Below the pieces are notes generated by a model, which was not told the origin of the DNA, did no database searches, and worked only from the letters and a program-made list of their open reading frames with translations. A stretch of DNA of 53,907 bases from a virus. Lineage: Duplodnaviria > Caudoviricetes. The stretch covers positions 1-53,907 of IMG/VR virus record IMGVR_UViG_3300046713_000242, one strand, 5' to 3'. Numbering within the stretch: the stretch's first letter is position 1; every line of letters starts with the position of its first letter. Shown here piece by piece: positions 42,224 through 52,197 of the stretch. Made by a program: the position numbers and the translations under genes.

Positions 42224-43360
42224 TCAGGTCACGCCGGTAAGACCGGGCGCAGGGGGGATGATCACCTGCGTGCCAGGCGGTATCGATGAGCTGTCGAACC
42301 CGTTCGCGTCGGCGATCAATTGCCATGCGTCCGCGTTGCCATATTCCTGTTGGGCCAGCACGCGCAGGCTGCCGCTGCCGTCCATCGTGACGATACGCAA
42401 CGCGTCTGGCTCGGCGCGCGACTCAAGGCTTTGCGCCGCCTGGTTGACGCTGTCGCGCAAGATGCCGGCGAACGTGCCCACGTCACGCTTGAAGGCTTCC
42501 ATCGTGAAGATCCCGGCGACGCCATCGTCGGTCATCGCCACCGTGTAGCCGTTCTCGAGCACCTCGGTCAGCAGCTGGCCCACCAGGAATGCGACGCTTG
42601 TGGCCGCCCCGCGGATGCCCTGCACCACGCGTGTCGGGAGCGTGATCGCATTGGCCAGCACGCGGCACTTCGTGAGCACGTCGTCGACCTGCGTCTGGAT
42701 CTGGTCGATCAGCGAGAAGATGCGCGCCTCGTAGCTCAGGATCGTATCGATCGGGTCGAACGCCACCAGGTCGGAAAGCTGGCTCATGGCGCTCTCGATC
42801 TTGTTCGGGTCGAGCGTCTGCAGCGTGGTCTGCTCGGGGGGCTGCGTGCCGTCGCTGTGCCACTCGAACTCGAGCGACCAAGGCTGGTCTTCAGTGCGAT
42901 CGGGGCTGGGCGTGAACCTCTTCACGATCCCGAAGCGCCGGAACATCGACCACTGCACTTCGAGATCTGAGCCGGAAAGGATCAGCTCGTTGATGATCCC
43001 CACCATCGCCTCGGCCGTCGTGGGCTGAGGAAAGCCGCGCACGGTCACGGCGGCCTGCCCGGTAGACGGGTCGGGCTGCAAGTACTTGTCCCGCCATATG
43101 CCGGTGAACGTGGTGGGATCGAACGTCGGGCCAAAGAGCTGCTGCGTGCCGATCGGATTGCCCGTGTAGTAGGTGACGCGCGAGCGTTGCGAGATCCCAA
43201 ACTCAGGCCCACGGAAGGGCAGCGCGCGGCCGCGCAGCACCACCTGCCGCTTTTGCCCGGTGAGCTCGGTGATGATCACGGGCGCGCCTTCGTTGGGCAC
43301 GTATGGACTCAGGCCGCCCGGTGGGCTGATGACTTCTCGGAATGCGCTCGCGATCGTCAA
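42224..43360 (-). CDS. Tail tube initiator with a C-terminal LysM-like domain
   Basis: SLRVLAQQEYGNADAWQLIADAN....IPPGTQVIIP. Confidence 0.85.
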   Translation of the reverse strand: MTIASAFREVISPPGGLSPYVPNEGAPVIITELTGQKRQVVLRGRALPFRGPEFGISQRSRVTYYTGNPIGTQQLFGPTFDPTTFTGIWRDKYLQPDPSTGQAAVTVRGFPQPTTAEAMVGIINELILSGSDLEVQWSMFRRFGIVKRFTPSPDRTEDQPWSLEFEWHSDGTQPPEQTTLQTLDPNKIESAMSQLSDLVAFDPIDTILSYEARIFSLIDQIQTQVDDVLTKCRVLANAITLPTRVVQGIRGAATSVAFLVGQLLTEVLENGYTVAMTDDGVAGIFTMEAFKRDVGTFAGILRDSVNQAAQSLESRAEPDALRIVTMDGSGSLRVLAQQEYGNADAWQLIADANGFDSSSIPPGTQVIIPPAPGLTGVT

Positions 43361-43368
43361 GGGACCTC

Positions 43369-45303
43369 CTACCGCGTGAAGTCAGGCACGAGCGCCGAAG
43401 CGATTCGCTTGCTCGCGCCCTCGTTGATGGCCTCGACCGTCTGATCCCATACCCGGTCCGGGTCGGCATCGCGGAAGTCTTGCTTGACCTCGATCTTCGA
43501 GCCGCGGAAGTCGTTGATCGTGGTCTTCTTGGCCTTACCCTTGTTGCTCTCTTCGGCCATGTTGAGGATGCTTTCATCCTCGCCCTTCTGCTTCGAGAAC
43601 TTGGCGAAGTTGGCGCCGAACGCGTCCATGAAGCCATCAAAGAAGCCCGCGCTGGATTCCTCGCCCTTCTCTTTGGGCTTGTTCACGCCGTAGCCGATGT
43701 CGAGCACGCCGCCGAAGAACTTGGCGATCCCGGCGAACGTCTTGCCGATCACATCGGACAGCCACTCGAGCCCCTTGCCGAGGTACTCGAAGATCAGCAC
43801 CCAGCCGCCGATGATGAACCGGAACGCCGGCCACAGAAGCCGCGCGAAGGACAGCACGATCCCGAGCACGCTCGTAAAGGCGATCAGCAGGATGCCGCCC
43901 ACCACCTTCGCCAGCGGCCAGATCACGCTCAGGATCGACTTGAGCAGCGTCCAGAGCGTGCCGAAAATGTCTTGGATGAACATCCCCACGGGCGCCGCGA
44001 AGATCAGCACCGCGTCCCACTGATCCACGATCACGCCGATCGCACCGGCCAGGATGGTGAGCGGCAGGATCACCGCCTGGAAGCCCGCGCCGATCGCGAA
44101 CAGGTCTTTGACGACCTCGGCAATGGGCGCCAGGGCGGCGCCCAGCTTCGCATTGATCGCGCCCATGCCCGCGCCCGCGAGCGAGCCGCCCACGGCGGCA
44201 GAGCCCACCTTGTTGACCAGGTATGCCGCGCCGACCGCCTTGGCCGTGGGCGCGAACTTTTGCGCCTTGCCCAGCGCGAAGCCGCCCCACGATTTCATTT
44301 CGTTCCAGGTGCGCTGCATGCGCTCAGCGATCTCTTCCCAGTGCGTGAGGAAGTACTCCGTCGCGTTGCCGATCGCCTGGTACATCGGCTCGAGCCACGC
44401 GCCCACCATGTCGCCGGCGGTCGTGAGCAGCGCGAGGATCCGCTCTTGGTTCTTCTGGAAGATGCCCACCATGCGCACGAGCATCTTGCGGAAGCCTTCG
44501 AGCGGACCCGCCATGAAGTTCGAGCGGAAGCGCTGCATGAAGTCGACGAACGAGCTCGTGATACCGGGTAGCGTCTTCTCAAAGGCGGCCGCGGCAGGCG
44601 CAAAGCCCTGCAGCGCCTCCTTCATCCGCTCGATCCGCTTCTCGGGTAGAAGCGCGTTCCAGGCCTTGGCGTCCTCTTTGATGCGCCCGGTGGCGCGCAG
44701 CATGCGGAAGAGCAGCACGTCTGTGCCGGCGGCCCCCGTCGTCATTTGGTTGATGTCGCGCGCGGCTTGCTTGAAGTCGACGCCGAGCACCGAGGCCGCC
44801 GCCACCGTGTCGTTGGTCACCTGGCGGATGCCGCTCAGCTTCTCGCCCGCGCCCGCGAGCGGGCCCACGATGCTCGAGTAAATGCCGAACATCTCTTGCG
44901 ACGTCGCCACACTCTTGAGGGCGTCGTCTTGCAGCTGGCGGAAGATGGCGCCGCCCAGGATGCCGGCTTTGTTCATGCGCTCGGCGCCGTCAGAGATCCC
45001 CTGATACATGGGCTGCGTCGCCGCGAGCACGGCGGCGAGACTGGTCTTCTGCGTGTCGAGCGCGGTGGCGTATTCGAACGACGCGCCGACCAGCCCACGG
45101 ATCCCACTCGTCAGCGTGCGCACGCCCAGGTAGGCGCCAGCAAAGCCGAGCGTACCCTTCAGGAGAGCGCTGATTCCGCTTCCTGCGACGTGCGCCTGCT
45201 TCTGGACGCCGAGCAGGCCCCGTACAAGGCCCCCCACGCCCTGGGAGGCGGTGAGGGCCTTGACGTCGATCTTGGCCTCTACGTCGTATGTTTCGTCGGC
45301 CAC
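43369..45303 (-). CDS. Tape measure protein
   Basis: Ala/Gly-rich helical protein with hydrophobic stretches, after the chaperones. Confidence 0.85.
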   Translation of the reverse strand: MADETYDVEAKIDVKALTASQGVGGLVRGLLGVQKQAHVAGSGISALLKGTLGFAGAYLGVRTLTSGIRGLVGASFEYATALDTQKTSLAAVLAATQPMYQGISDGAERMNKAGILGGAIFRQLQDDALKSVATSQEMFGIYSSIVGPLAGAGEKLSGIRQVTNDTVAAASVLGVDFKQAARDINQMTTGAAGTDVLLFRMLRATGRIKEDAKAWNALLPEKRIERMKEALQGFAPAAAAFEKTLPGITSSFVDFMQRFRSNFMAGPLEGFRKMLVRMVGIFQKNQERILALLTTAGDMVGAWLEPMYQAIGNATEYFLTHWEEIAERMQRTWNEMKSWGGFALGKAQKFAPTAKAVGAAYLVNKVGSAAVGGSLAGAGMGAINAKLGAALAPIAEVVKDLFAIGAGFQAVILPLTILAGAIGVIVDQWDAVLIFAAPVGMFIQDIFGTLWTLLKSILSVIWPLAKVVGGILLIAFTSVLGIVLSFARLLWPAFRFIIGGWVLIFEYLGKGLEWLSDVIGKTFAGIAKFFGGVLDIGYGVNKPKEKGEESSAGFFDGFMDAFGANFAKFSKQKGEDESILNMAEESNKGKAKKTTINDFRGSKIEVKQDFRDADPDRVWDQTVEAINEGASKRIASALVPDFTR

Positions 45304-45315
45304 AGAGAGGTCACC

Positions 45316-45576
45316 TCACGTCGGGGTCTTGTTCTCTTCGGCCACGATATCACTGAGCGCTCGGTGAAACCGCCGCATGAAGCGCATATCCCAGTCCATC
45401 GACTCTTCCGGCGAGGTGTTGCCGTAGCGCGCTACATACGCCACGCGAGCAAAGAGCGCGTCCTCCCAGCGGCTACAGATCCACTTGTCCTTGGCCATCT
45501 GGCAGAAGAAGCCGAAGTAAATCCCGAGCCGGTCCGCCTGCGTCAGATTAGGACGGCGGACTCTTCGAATTTTTTT
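45316..45576 (-). CDS. Tail assembly chaperone, frameshifted C-terminal part (gpT-like)
   Basis: -1 frame entered at the A AAA AAA site (45570-45576). Confidence 0.75.
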   Translation of the reverse strand, partial: KKIRRVRRPNLTQADRLGIYFGFFCQMAKDKWICSRWEDALFARVAYVARYGNTSPEESMDWDMRFMRRFHRALSDIVAEENKTPT

Positions 45577-46007
45577 GTCGCTTCCTCGCCGGGATTGTTC
45601 ATCTCTTTCCACTTGAGCATGACCAGGTTTCGCCCGGTGAACCCGAGCGCGTCCCAGAGCGCATCACGCGACAGATCCATGTCGCTGAGCGGCTCGCCGT
45701 TCAGGCTCACCAGGCAGGCCTTTACGAGCTCGAACCCGAGCCGGATGCCATCACCCTCGGCACGCGAGATCGCCGCGTACTCGTCGGAACTCGAAGGTGA
45801 CGTGAGGATCAGCGTGAAAGGCTCGTCGAAAATGCCATTCTCGCAAATCTCGGGGGCGATCGTGAGCTTGAAGCGGCGCCGGCGGATCTTGCCGCCCTGG
45901 CCTCCCTGATCCGTGGTCGTGCGCGCGAGCAGGCGCGCGATGGCGCCCCCAGTCGGTTTGGCAGGCGCTTCCTTGAGCATGTCCTGAATGGGCTCGATGG
46001 GTTCCAT
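45543..46007 (-). CDS. Tail assembly chaperone (gpG-like)
   Basis: Between tube and TMP; slippery site near its end. Confidence 0.8.
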   Translation of the reverse strand: MEPIEPIQDMLKEAPAKPTGGAIARLLARTTTDQGGQGGKIRRRRFKLTIAPEICENGIFDEPFTLILTSPSSSDEYAAISRAEGDGIRLGFELVKACLVSLNGEPLSDMDLSRDALWDALGFTGRNLVMLKWKEMNNPGEEATKKFEESAVLI

Positions 46008-46036
46008 GTGATTTGTCCTTCGTGTGGGCGAGACGT

Positions 46037-46081
46037 GAAAACGCCTCGGCCCGGTGGTTATACCGGAGCCGAGGCGTTTTC
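46037..46081 (-). terminator. Stem-loop/terminator after the tail tube gene
   Basis: GAAAACGCCTCGGC...GCCGAGGCGTTTTC inverted repeat. Confidence 0.65.
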
Positions 46082-46109
46082 GTGTCGCGCGCGGAAGACC
46101 CTTAGGGGG

Positions 46110-46541
46110 TCAGAGCTTTCGGAAGGTCGAGCCGTTGGCGGTGAACTTCATATCGCCGTACTGGTCTCGCTTGCCGAAGTTGGCGCCCATCTCGCCAAAC
46201 TTCAGGCCCGGGAAGGCCATGCGGCGGCGCTCACCGTTGGGAAACTGAAGCGCGGACACAGCGTTGATGGACGCCGAAGCCGCGGTGCGGCGCTGCGCGC
46301 GGTCGACTACCGCTGTCACGAAATCGAACGTCTTGGCGCTCGACATGTCGATCGTGAACTCGAGCTTCACGCCGCGGAAAATCTCATCGAACTGGTCAGC
46401 GACCTGGCCGAGGTAGCCTTCCTGGATGATGTCCAGCATGAAAGTGAACGTGTGATCCTTGATGTGGTCGAAGTACGTCACGAGCCCGCTCGGAAGCGTG
46501 AGGCTCAGCCGCACTTCTTGACCTTTGATCGGCAAATCCAT
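46110..46541 (-). CDS. Tail tube protein
   Basis: 143 aa directly after the sheath; AAGGAG SD. Confidence 0.8.
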   Translation of the reverse strand: MDLPIKGQEVRLSLTLPSGLVTYFDHIKDHTFTFMLDIIQEGYLGQVADQFDEIFRGVKLEFTIDMSSAKTFDFVTAVVDRAQRRTAASASINAVSALQFPNGERRRMAFPGLKFGEMGANFGKRDQYGDMKFTANGSTFRKL

Positions 46542-46553
46542 GGTGCTGGCTCC

Positions 46554-48752
46554 TTAGGCGGCTTCTGACTCGGTGACAGTGATCACGCCCTCACCGATCT
46601 CGGTGCGAACTTCGATAGCGTCCATGCTCGACAAGGTGCGCACCTTGAAGACCATCACGAAGATCCCGAGCGCTTCGAGCGCGTCAGAGTTGGCGTCGAG
46701 GCTTCCCGTGTAGCTCGCGATCCGCTGGCGCTCGGGGTCGTCGGTGCTCAGGAGCCCGGACAAAAAGCCGTCGGAGCTCACGTAGCAGGCGTCGCGCCGA
46801 GAATCGGTCATGAGCTTTTTCACGAACGGCACGAGCCCGCGCGCCAAGCTGTCTTGGATGAAGTCGGCCATCTTGCGGCGCGCCTGCGTCTTGCGGCCGT
46901 TGATCGAGCTGGTCGTGACGCCGCTCTGGAAGACCATGCCCGCCGTGCGGTCGAGCCGCGGCGCGCAGATCCCCGAGGCCTTCAGGTCGGCGTAGTCGGT
47001 CGCCGTAAGCACGGTGCCGCCGGCCAAGGTTTCGATGGCGAAAAAGTTCGTCAGCAGCTGGGTTGCCTGACCCGCGTTCTCTTCGGGCGGCAAGAGCGCC
47101 GAGACCTTCGCCAGGCCCGCATGGGCGCGCAGCGTCACGATCCCGGAGTCGTTGAAGCCGAGGCCGCCAGAGACGCCGCGTGCCTGGATCTCGGGGATCA
47201 CCACCTGCCAGCCGGGCCAGGTGTACCAGACACGATCAGAGCGCAGCAGCGCGGCGTCGACCTTGGCCTGCGCCTTGGTCAGCCCGAGCGCGCCAGAGCG
47301 CAAGAACTTGCGCCCCGCCGAGCCCGTATTGCTCGCGTCCTCTGCGTTGTCGGAGGCGTAGGTGTCGATCGCGATCGAGCGGCGTGCGCTGTACAGGTAG
47401 TTGATGTCGATCGCTTCGTTCGTGGTGTCCTTGGTCTTGTCGAGCGCCGCCGTGTAGCGCGCGTCGAGCTGACCTTCGGTGAGTGCAGCCGTGAGCGCCG
47501 CCGGGTTCGTGGCGCTCATCGTCGCAAAGCTCGGCTGATCGATCAGCACGTTGACGGCGTTCGCGCTCTGACCGACCGCGGTCCCGTCGTCGTACGCAGG
47601 GCGCACCTTGATCGAAAAGGGGCCGATGTTCGGCGCCGCGTTCGTGCCGGCCGCCACCGTGGTGGTGACCATCGTCACGAACTCGACCGCGCCAGACGTG
47701 CGGATGCGCGTGCCGGCCTTGATCGTGCCGCCGGCGTTCTCGCCCGCCTTGACGGTGGTCGCCGTGATCGTGATCCCGAGCGCCGTGGCCATCGCGCTCG
47801 CTGCGATCAGGATGGTGCCGGCGCCCGCGGTGCTGTCGTAGATGGACAGAAGCCCAGACGCGTCCACCAGCGCCTTGCCGTTGATCGAGGCGAGGCCCGC
47901 GGTGCCGTTGATGATCGTGGCCACCTCGGCCGCGGTCACCACCTGAAGATTGGCGACGTTGCCAGTGCCCGCCGTCGTGCCACCCGTCAGCTGCAAAACC
48001 GCCAGGACACCCGCGGTGCCATCGGCAAGCGTCAGGCTTCCGCCCGTGCCCTTCTGCAGACCCTTGATGGTGATCACGTTGGCAGCCTGCGTGGCGACGA
48101 CGGCGCCGACCGCCGCATTGATGCGCGACACGACTGCGGCCGCCGTCTGATCGGAAGCTGCGAAGGTGACGACGATCATGGGCAGCGCGTCGATCGTGAC
48201 GTTGAGCTTCTCGCCCCCGAGGAAGCCGGTACTGACGACCGCGCCGCCGCCCACCCGCTGCGCCTCGGCCGCGGCAATCGCCGTCGAAGCCGTCGGGCCG
48301 CCCGTGCTGGTGGTCAGCGTGATTTGCTGGCCGACGATCAGGTTGTAGGGGCCCTTGGTTCCCTTGATGACCGCGAGCGGCGAGAAAGCGACCTCGCCGA
48401 CGCTCGAGTCCACGCGTACGACCAGGAAGCGCGGCGCGCGAATGAACTTCGTGTAGAGGAAGCCGTTCCCGTTCCACACCTCGCCGTTGCGCTGGCGCGC
48501 GCACGGGTTGTTGCCGGTGATCCCGGCGTAGGTGTAACCGAGGGTTCCGAACTGGCGCGTGATGTCGCCGCCCTCGACCTCGGTGAGCACGCCGATCGGT
48601 CCGTCATCGAGCTCGCCCACCATGCAGACGACCCCGGTACCGATGCCCGTAATACTGGCGCTCGGATCGAGATCTTCGACATACACGCCCTCAAGGGCGG
48701 TCATCTCTTCGATGGTGAAAACACGACGCGCGCGGAAAATGTAACCAGCCAT
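46554..48752 (-). CDS. Contractile tail sheath protein
   Basis: GVYVED...SITGIGTG...VGE...GP N-terminus; FQSGVTT...RRKMADFIQDSL C-terminus. Confidence 0.9.
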   Translation of the reverse strand: MAGYIFRARRVFTIEEMTALEGVYVEDLDPSASITGIGTGVVCMVGELDDGPIGVLTEVEGGDITRQFGTLGYTYAGITGNNPCARQRNGEVWNGNGFLYTKFIRAPRFLVVRVDSSVGEVAFSPLAVIKGTKGPYNLIVGQQITLTTSTGGPTASTAIAAAEAQRVGGGAVVSTGFLGGEKLNVTIDALPMIVVTFAASDQTAAAVVSRINAAVGAVVATQAANVITIKGLQKGTGGSLTLADGTAGVLAVLQLTGGTTAGTGNVANLQVVTAAEVATIINGTAGLASINGKALVDASGLLSIYDSTAGAGTILIAASAMATALGITITATTVKAGENAGGTIKAGTRIRTSGAVEFVTMVTTTVAAGTNAAPNIGPFSIKVRPAYDDGTAVGQSANAVNVLIDQPSFATMSATNPAALTAALTEGQLDARYTAALDKTKDTTNEAIDINYLYSARRSIAIDTYASDNAEDASNTGSAGRKFLRSGALGLTKAQAKVDAALLRSDRVWYTWPGWQVVIPEIQARGVSGGLGFNDSGIVTLRAHAGLAKVSALLPPEENAGQATQLLTNFFAIETLAGGTVLTATDYADLKASGICAPRLDRTAGMVFQSGVTTSSINGRKTQARRKMADFIQDSLARGLVPFVKKLMTDSRRDACYVSSDGFLSGLLSTDDPERQRIASYTGSLDANSDALEALGIFVMVFKVRTLSSMDAIEVRTEIGEGVITVTESEAA

Positions 48753-48826
48753 GCTCAACCCCCAACGGGTTCCACGGCTTCGCGCGATTCGGACAGTAGC
48801 ACGGGGCGCGCCGCCCCTGTCTAGGC

Positions 48827-49507
48827 CTAGCCCTGCGAGCTCGTGAGGGTGTGGACTGCGCGCGGCCAGAAGTGCCGCCCCGCCCTCATCTCGAGCATGG
48901 GCGCGTCCCACGTCACGAGCGCGCGCAGCTCCCATTCATTCGTATAGGCCTTGGCCGGGATGTTGACGCGCTGCGCTGGCTGCTTGAGCGTGAAGCGCCC
49001 TGTCGCGCAGGCATAGATCTCGGGCAGGCGCAGCAGCACCCCGCGCACCTCACGCGGATTGAAGATCCACGAGAGCGCCGTCGCCATGGCGTCGCGCAGG
49101 GGCTTCGAGTCGGCCCAGAAGCTGACCTGAAACACACCCTGGGCGTCCCCGAGATTCCAAATTACCGTGCCGCGCGCTTCGTCCCACGTATCTTCGAGCG
49201 CGTGCGGCAGAGCCTCGCTGAGGGCCGCGTCCGAACGCGGGAAGATGGACGCCGACGGGTAGAGCAGCTTCTGTTGGGCGGTGGGGTAGTCGTCGAGCAC
49301 GTCCAGCAGGGTGACTTCCCGATTTCGCGGCCGATCCTGTGCCGGGTCAGCCGGCTCGCCGCCCCAGACCGAGAACGTCTGACAGCGCAGATAGGCTTCG
49401 AGCGCCATCGCGCACGCTTTCTCGGCGTCGATCTGCACGCTGAGGCTATCGATGTGCGGCGCGGCCGCGTCCCCTTCCTTGCCGATCACGACGTCACCAG
49501 TAGCCAT
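48827..49507 (-). CDS. Tail completion/terminator protein
   Basis: Position before the sheath; YPSASI motif. Confidence 0.6.
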   Translation of the reverse strand: MATGDVVIGKEGDAAAPHIDSLSVQIDAEKACAMALEAYLRCQTFSVWGGEPADPAQDRPRNREVTLLDVLDDYPTAQQKLLYPSASIFPRSDAALSEALPHALEDTWDEARGTVIWNLGDAQGVFQVSFWADSKPLRDAMATALSWIFNPREVRGVLLRLPEIYACATGRFTLKQPAQRVNIPAKAYTNEWELRALVTWDAPMLEMRAGRHFWPRAVHTLTSSQG

Positions 49508-49512
49508 GCGAG

Positions 49513-50013
49513 CTAGCGTGACCCGCGCGCGCGCTCGGCCGCCATCTTTTTGAGCGACTTACGGATCTCACTATCGAGCACGCGGTTTTTCTTCCAGCGG
49601 CGCAGCGCGCGCGAAAAGTAGCGCTTGGGCGCGATCCCATGCTGCTGGATGCTGCGCCGCACCGCCCACGCCATCGCTACGGGGTCGGTGGCGCCCTTGC
49701 GCGTGGCCCAGGCGATCAAGGGCTCGATCGGGGGCGTAAACGGCCGCGTGCCGCCTTCCATCATGGCCGCGTAGGGCGCGCCCATCGTCACGAAGGCGCC
49801 CGTCTTCAGATAGATCACGCCGACGCTGTTGCGCATGATTCCGCGGTCAACGACGGGGTAAGGCTCGTTTTCCGAGATCTCTTCGACCACGTAACCCTTG
49901 AGGCGCTCGGCGGCGCGCCGGCTCGCAATGACCGCGGCGTGCTGAAGGTCGGCCGGCAGGCGCTGCACGAGCCCCACGAACTGCGAGATCGTGACCTTGC
50001 GCCGCTGCCCCAT
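49513..50013 (-). CDS. HK97 gp10-like neck/tail-completion protein
   Basis: VDRGIMRNS...APYAAMMEGGTRP..PPIEPLIAWA...GIAPKRYF. Confidence 0.8.
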   Translation of the reverse strand: MGQRRKVTISQFVGLVQRLPADLQHAAVIASRRAAERLKGYVVEEISENEPYPVVDRGIMRNSVGVIYLKTGAFVTMGAPYAAMMEGGTRPFTPPIEPLIAWATRKGATDPVAMAWAVRRSIQQHGIAPKRYFSRALRRWKKNRVLDSEIRKSLKKMAAERARGSR

Positions 50014-50015
50014 AG

Positions 50016-50423
50016 CTAGACGGTATGCGTGCCTTCGACGCCTCGTGCCTCGCGCGCGCGCGTACGGTCGTGCAGCCGGCGCAGCGCGGCCTCGGTGCAC
50101 TCAAGCGCCTCGGCATTCTCCTGGCACGCGTAGGGGCTGCTCTGGAAGCCGCGCAGGCGGTCCGCCACGATGGCGAGCAGCACTTCATTCGTGATGCCGT
50201 TGACGCCCACTTCCTTGATTGGCCCGTTCTGGAAGCAGATCAGCGTGCAGACCAGCGACGGGGTGCCTTCGGGGGCATCGGGGGGCGCGATCGAACCCGG
50301 TGGGCCTTGATACAGGATCGTGTAGACGTGGCTCGCGTTCCCGTTCTTGGGGTTGCGCTCGTCAGCCTCGATCGTGATCTCATGGTTCGCTGCGTTGATT
50401 TGGTGCTCGGTGATCTCTGGCAT
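50016..50423 (-). CDS. tad1: Tad1-like (Acb2/Tad1 family) cyclic-nucleotide sponge
   Basis: ASHVY...FQNGPIKEVGVNGITNEVLLAIVADRLRGFQSSPYACQENAEAL...RREARGVEGT matches my recollection of Tad1 (FQ.G...DRL..FQ.GPF.SRENA.AL...R..R.V.GT). Confidence 0.8.
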   Translation of the reverse strand: MPEITEHQINAANHEITIEADERNPKNGNASHVYTILYQGPPGSIAPPDAPEGTPSLVCTLICFQNGPIKEVGVNGITNEVLLAIVADRLRGFQSSPYACQENAEALECTEAALRRLHDRTRAREARGVEGTHTV

Positions 50424-50449
50424 GGCGTGTCCTTCGCTTCGCTGGGGAT

Positions 50450-51007
50450 TCAGCGTTGGCCAGGGTACATCACCGCACCCGATCGATCCCGCCCCTGCGC
50501 GAGCTCGGTCAGCGTCACCTTCCAGTCGAACTGTTCGGGGCGCCGCACGGGCATGTCCTCGACCACGAACGGGCGCCGATCAGTCTTGCCGTCGCGCGCG
50601 TCGACAAACACTTCGATGAAGCCCTCTTCATTGGGAGGCAGCGGACGCCGGTGGAAGAGGTCGAGGATCTCATCCTCCGTCAGCTGAGGGTTGAGCTCGG
50701 TCAGCACCACCACGCCGCGCTCGACGTAGCCGCCGTCGCGCAGCTGGCGCTGCACCTTGGGCTCGACCTTCGGCCGTGGCAGAAACTCGCGCTCCCAGAC
50801 GCGCGTCACGTCGCCGCGCCCCGCCTGGTTGCCGTTCCAGCGCAGGCGCACCGAGAGCACGCGATAGGGACGCATTCCCAACGTCGTGTTGAGCTCGCGC
50901 GCGCTGTTCACCGTGCTCGCAAGCTGCTCGGCCAGCGAGCACGGGCCCGGGTCGACTACGACCGGCACAGCGGGAAGCAAGAGCCGCGGATTTCCGCTGT
51001 TATCCAC
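50450..51007 (-). CDS. Head closure/head-tail connector protein
   Basis: Position in the neck module. Confidence 0.6.
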   Translation of the reverse strand: MDNSGNPRLLLPAVPVVVDPGPCSLAEQLASTVNSARELNTTLGMRPYRVLSVRLRWNGNQAGRGDVTRVWEREFLPRPKVEPKVQRQLRDGGYVERGVVVLTELNPQLTEDEILDLFHRRPLPPNEEGFIEVFVDARDGKTDRRPFVVEDMPVRRPEQFDWKVTLTELAQGRDRSGAVMYPGQR

Positions 51008-51017
51008 AGCATGCCCC

Positions 51018-51470
51018 CTAGGTGTTGGTAACGCGCATGCCGCCGTTGAAGGTCTGGCTATTCGGGTTCGGGAACACGCCCAGATCATCGGCGAGGATGC
51101 TGATCAAACGCCGACGCTCGGCCAGCAGCTTCGTGCGCCCGAGGCGCGCGTCGAAGGTAATGCCGCCCGTGCTGGTGACGCCGCCCCGCTTGTTGTCGGA
51201 GCGGATCAGGCACTCGACCTCATCCAAGTCGCACAGGTCTCGGCGCACCTGGTTACGCCCATCGGGGCTCAGACGCTTGAAGGCATCCTCGGTCACGTAG
51301 AGCGGCTGAATGGCCGCCGGGTAGCCGAAGGCAATCGCGGGCGCGAGCGCAAACCAGCGCGGGTAGCCTAGGAAGTGCAAGATCTTGGTCTTTTCCTCTT
51401 CGGAAAAGCCTCCGACGCTCAGCGCTTTCGCGAGTGCGGTCTCTTCTTGCTCGAGCGATGCATCCGCCAC
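51018..51470 (-). CDS. Head-tail adaptor protein
   Basis: EEKTKILHFLGYP motif; position; TAGGCT-N7-GTG. Confidence 0.6.
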   Translation of the reverse strand: MADASLEQEETALAKALSVGGFSEEEKTKILHFLGYPRWFALAPAIAFGYPAAIQPLYVTEDAFKRLSPDGRNQVRRDLCDLDEVECLIRSDNKRGGVTSTGGITFDARLGRTKLLAERRRLISILADDLGVFPNPNSQTFNGGMRVTNT

Positions 51471-51483
51471 GTCAGGCAGCCTA

Positions 51484-52197
51484 TCACGGCAGGATGAGCT
51501 CGGGAGCCTCGCAAGGTTCCAACTGCACCCCCTGCTTCTGCAAGTGCTCGGGGTCGTAGCTGCGATTCGTGAGGATCTGCCCCGCCTTGAGCGTGGTCAA
51601 AAATCCGTCGCTCATGAAGCGCACCTCGCGCACCACGCGGTAATGACGCAGGTCGGGTTCATCGCGCTTGATGGGCTCGAGCGGGCGATTCTGCTCGTTC
51701 ACCACCGACACAGGGGCGGACACCGGGAGCACTTCGGGCTGTTTGATGTCGAAGTCTTCGGGGTTCACGGGCTCGGCCGGGGGTTGCTCGGCGCGTGCGT
51801 TCGGGTCCACGGCGGGCTCGTCGGCGCGCGCGCGCAGCTTGGCCAGCACATCGAGGGCCTCGGCCTCGCTCTGTGGGTTCGCTTCCTTGAGCGCAAGCGC
51901 CTCTTCCGTGGTCAACACGGGGGCGGCATCGGGCGCGAACTGGCCGCCCGATGGATCCGTCTGGGATCCCTCGGCTCCGAAAGGGATCCGATCGGGATCC
52001 GTTTCGAGGGCGGTCACGAGCGGATCGGGAGCGCTCGCCGCGGGCTCTGCCGGCGCTTGCTCAGGTTCGGGCTCGGGCGCCTCGGCTTCCTCGGCGTCTG
52101 AGCCCTCTTCGGACTCGCCCTCGGCTTCCTCGGCGTGCGGTTCGGTGGGGTCGCCAACGGCGACCGTGCTCGACTGCTTTGGCTTCTTTTTGCTCAT
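51484..52197 (-). CDS. Acidic low-complexity protein after the MCP
   Basis: E/P/A-rich; TATGGT-N7-ATG. Confidence 0.65.
   Translation of the reverse strand: MSKKKPKQSSTVAVGDPTEPHAEEAEGESEEGSDAEEAEAPEPEPEQAPAEPAASAPDPLVTALETDPDRIPFGAEGSQTDPSGGQFAPDAAPVLTTEEALALKEANPQSEAEALDVLAKLRARADEPAVDPNARAEQPPAEPVNPEDFDIKQPEVLPVSAPVSVVNEQNRPLEPIKRDEPDLRHYRVVREVRFMSDGFLTTLKAGQILTNRSYDPEHLQKQGVQLEPCEAPELILP

Noticed and set aside
46854-48824. Long antisense and alternate-frame ORFs (e.g. 46854-48824 +, 5559-6824 +, 52135-53739 +, 34968-36197 +)
   Set aside because: Shadow ORFs typical of high-GC DNA opposite clear genes; Arg/Ala-rich with no motifs
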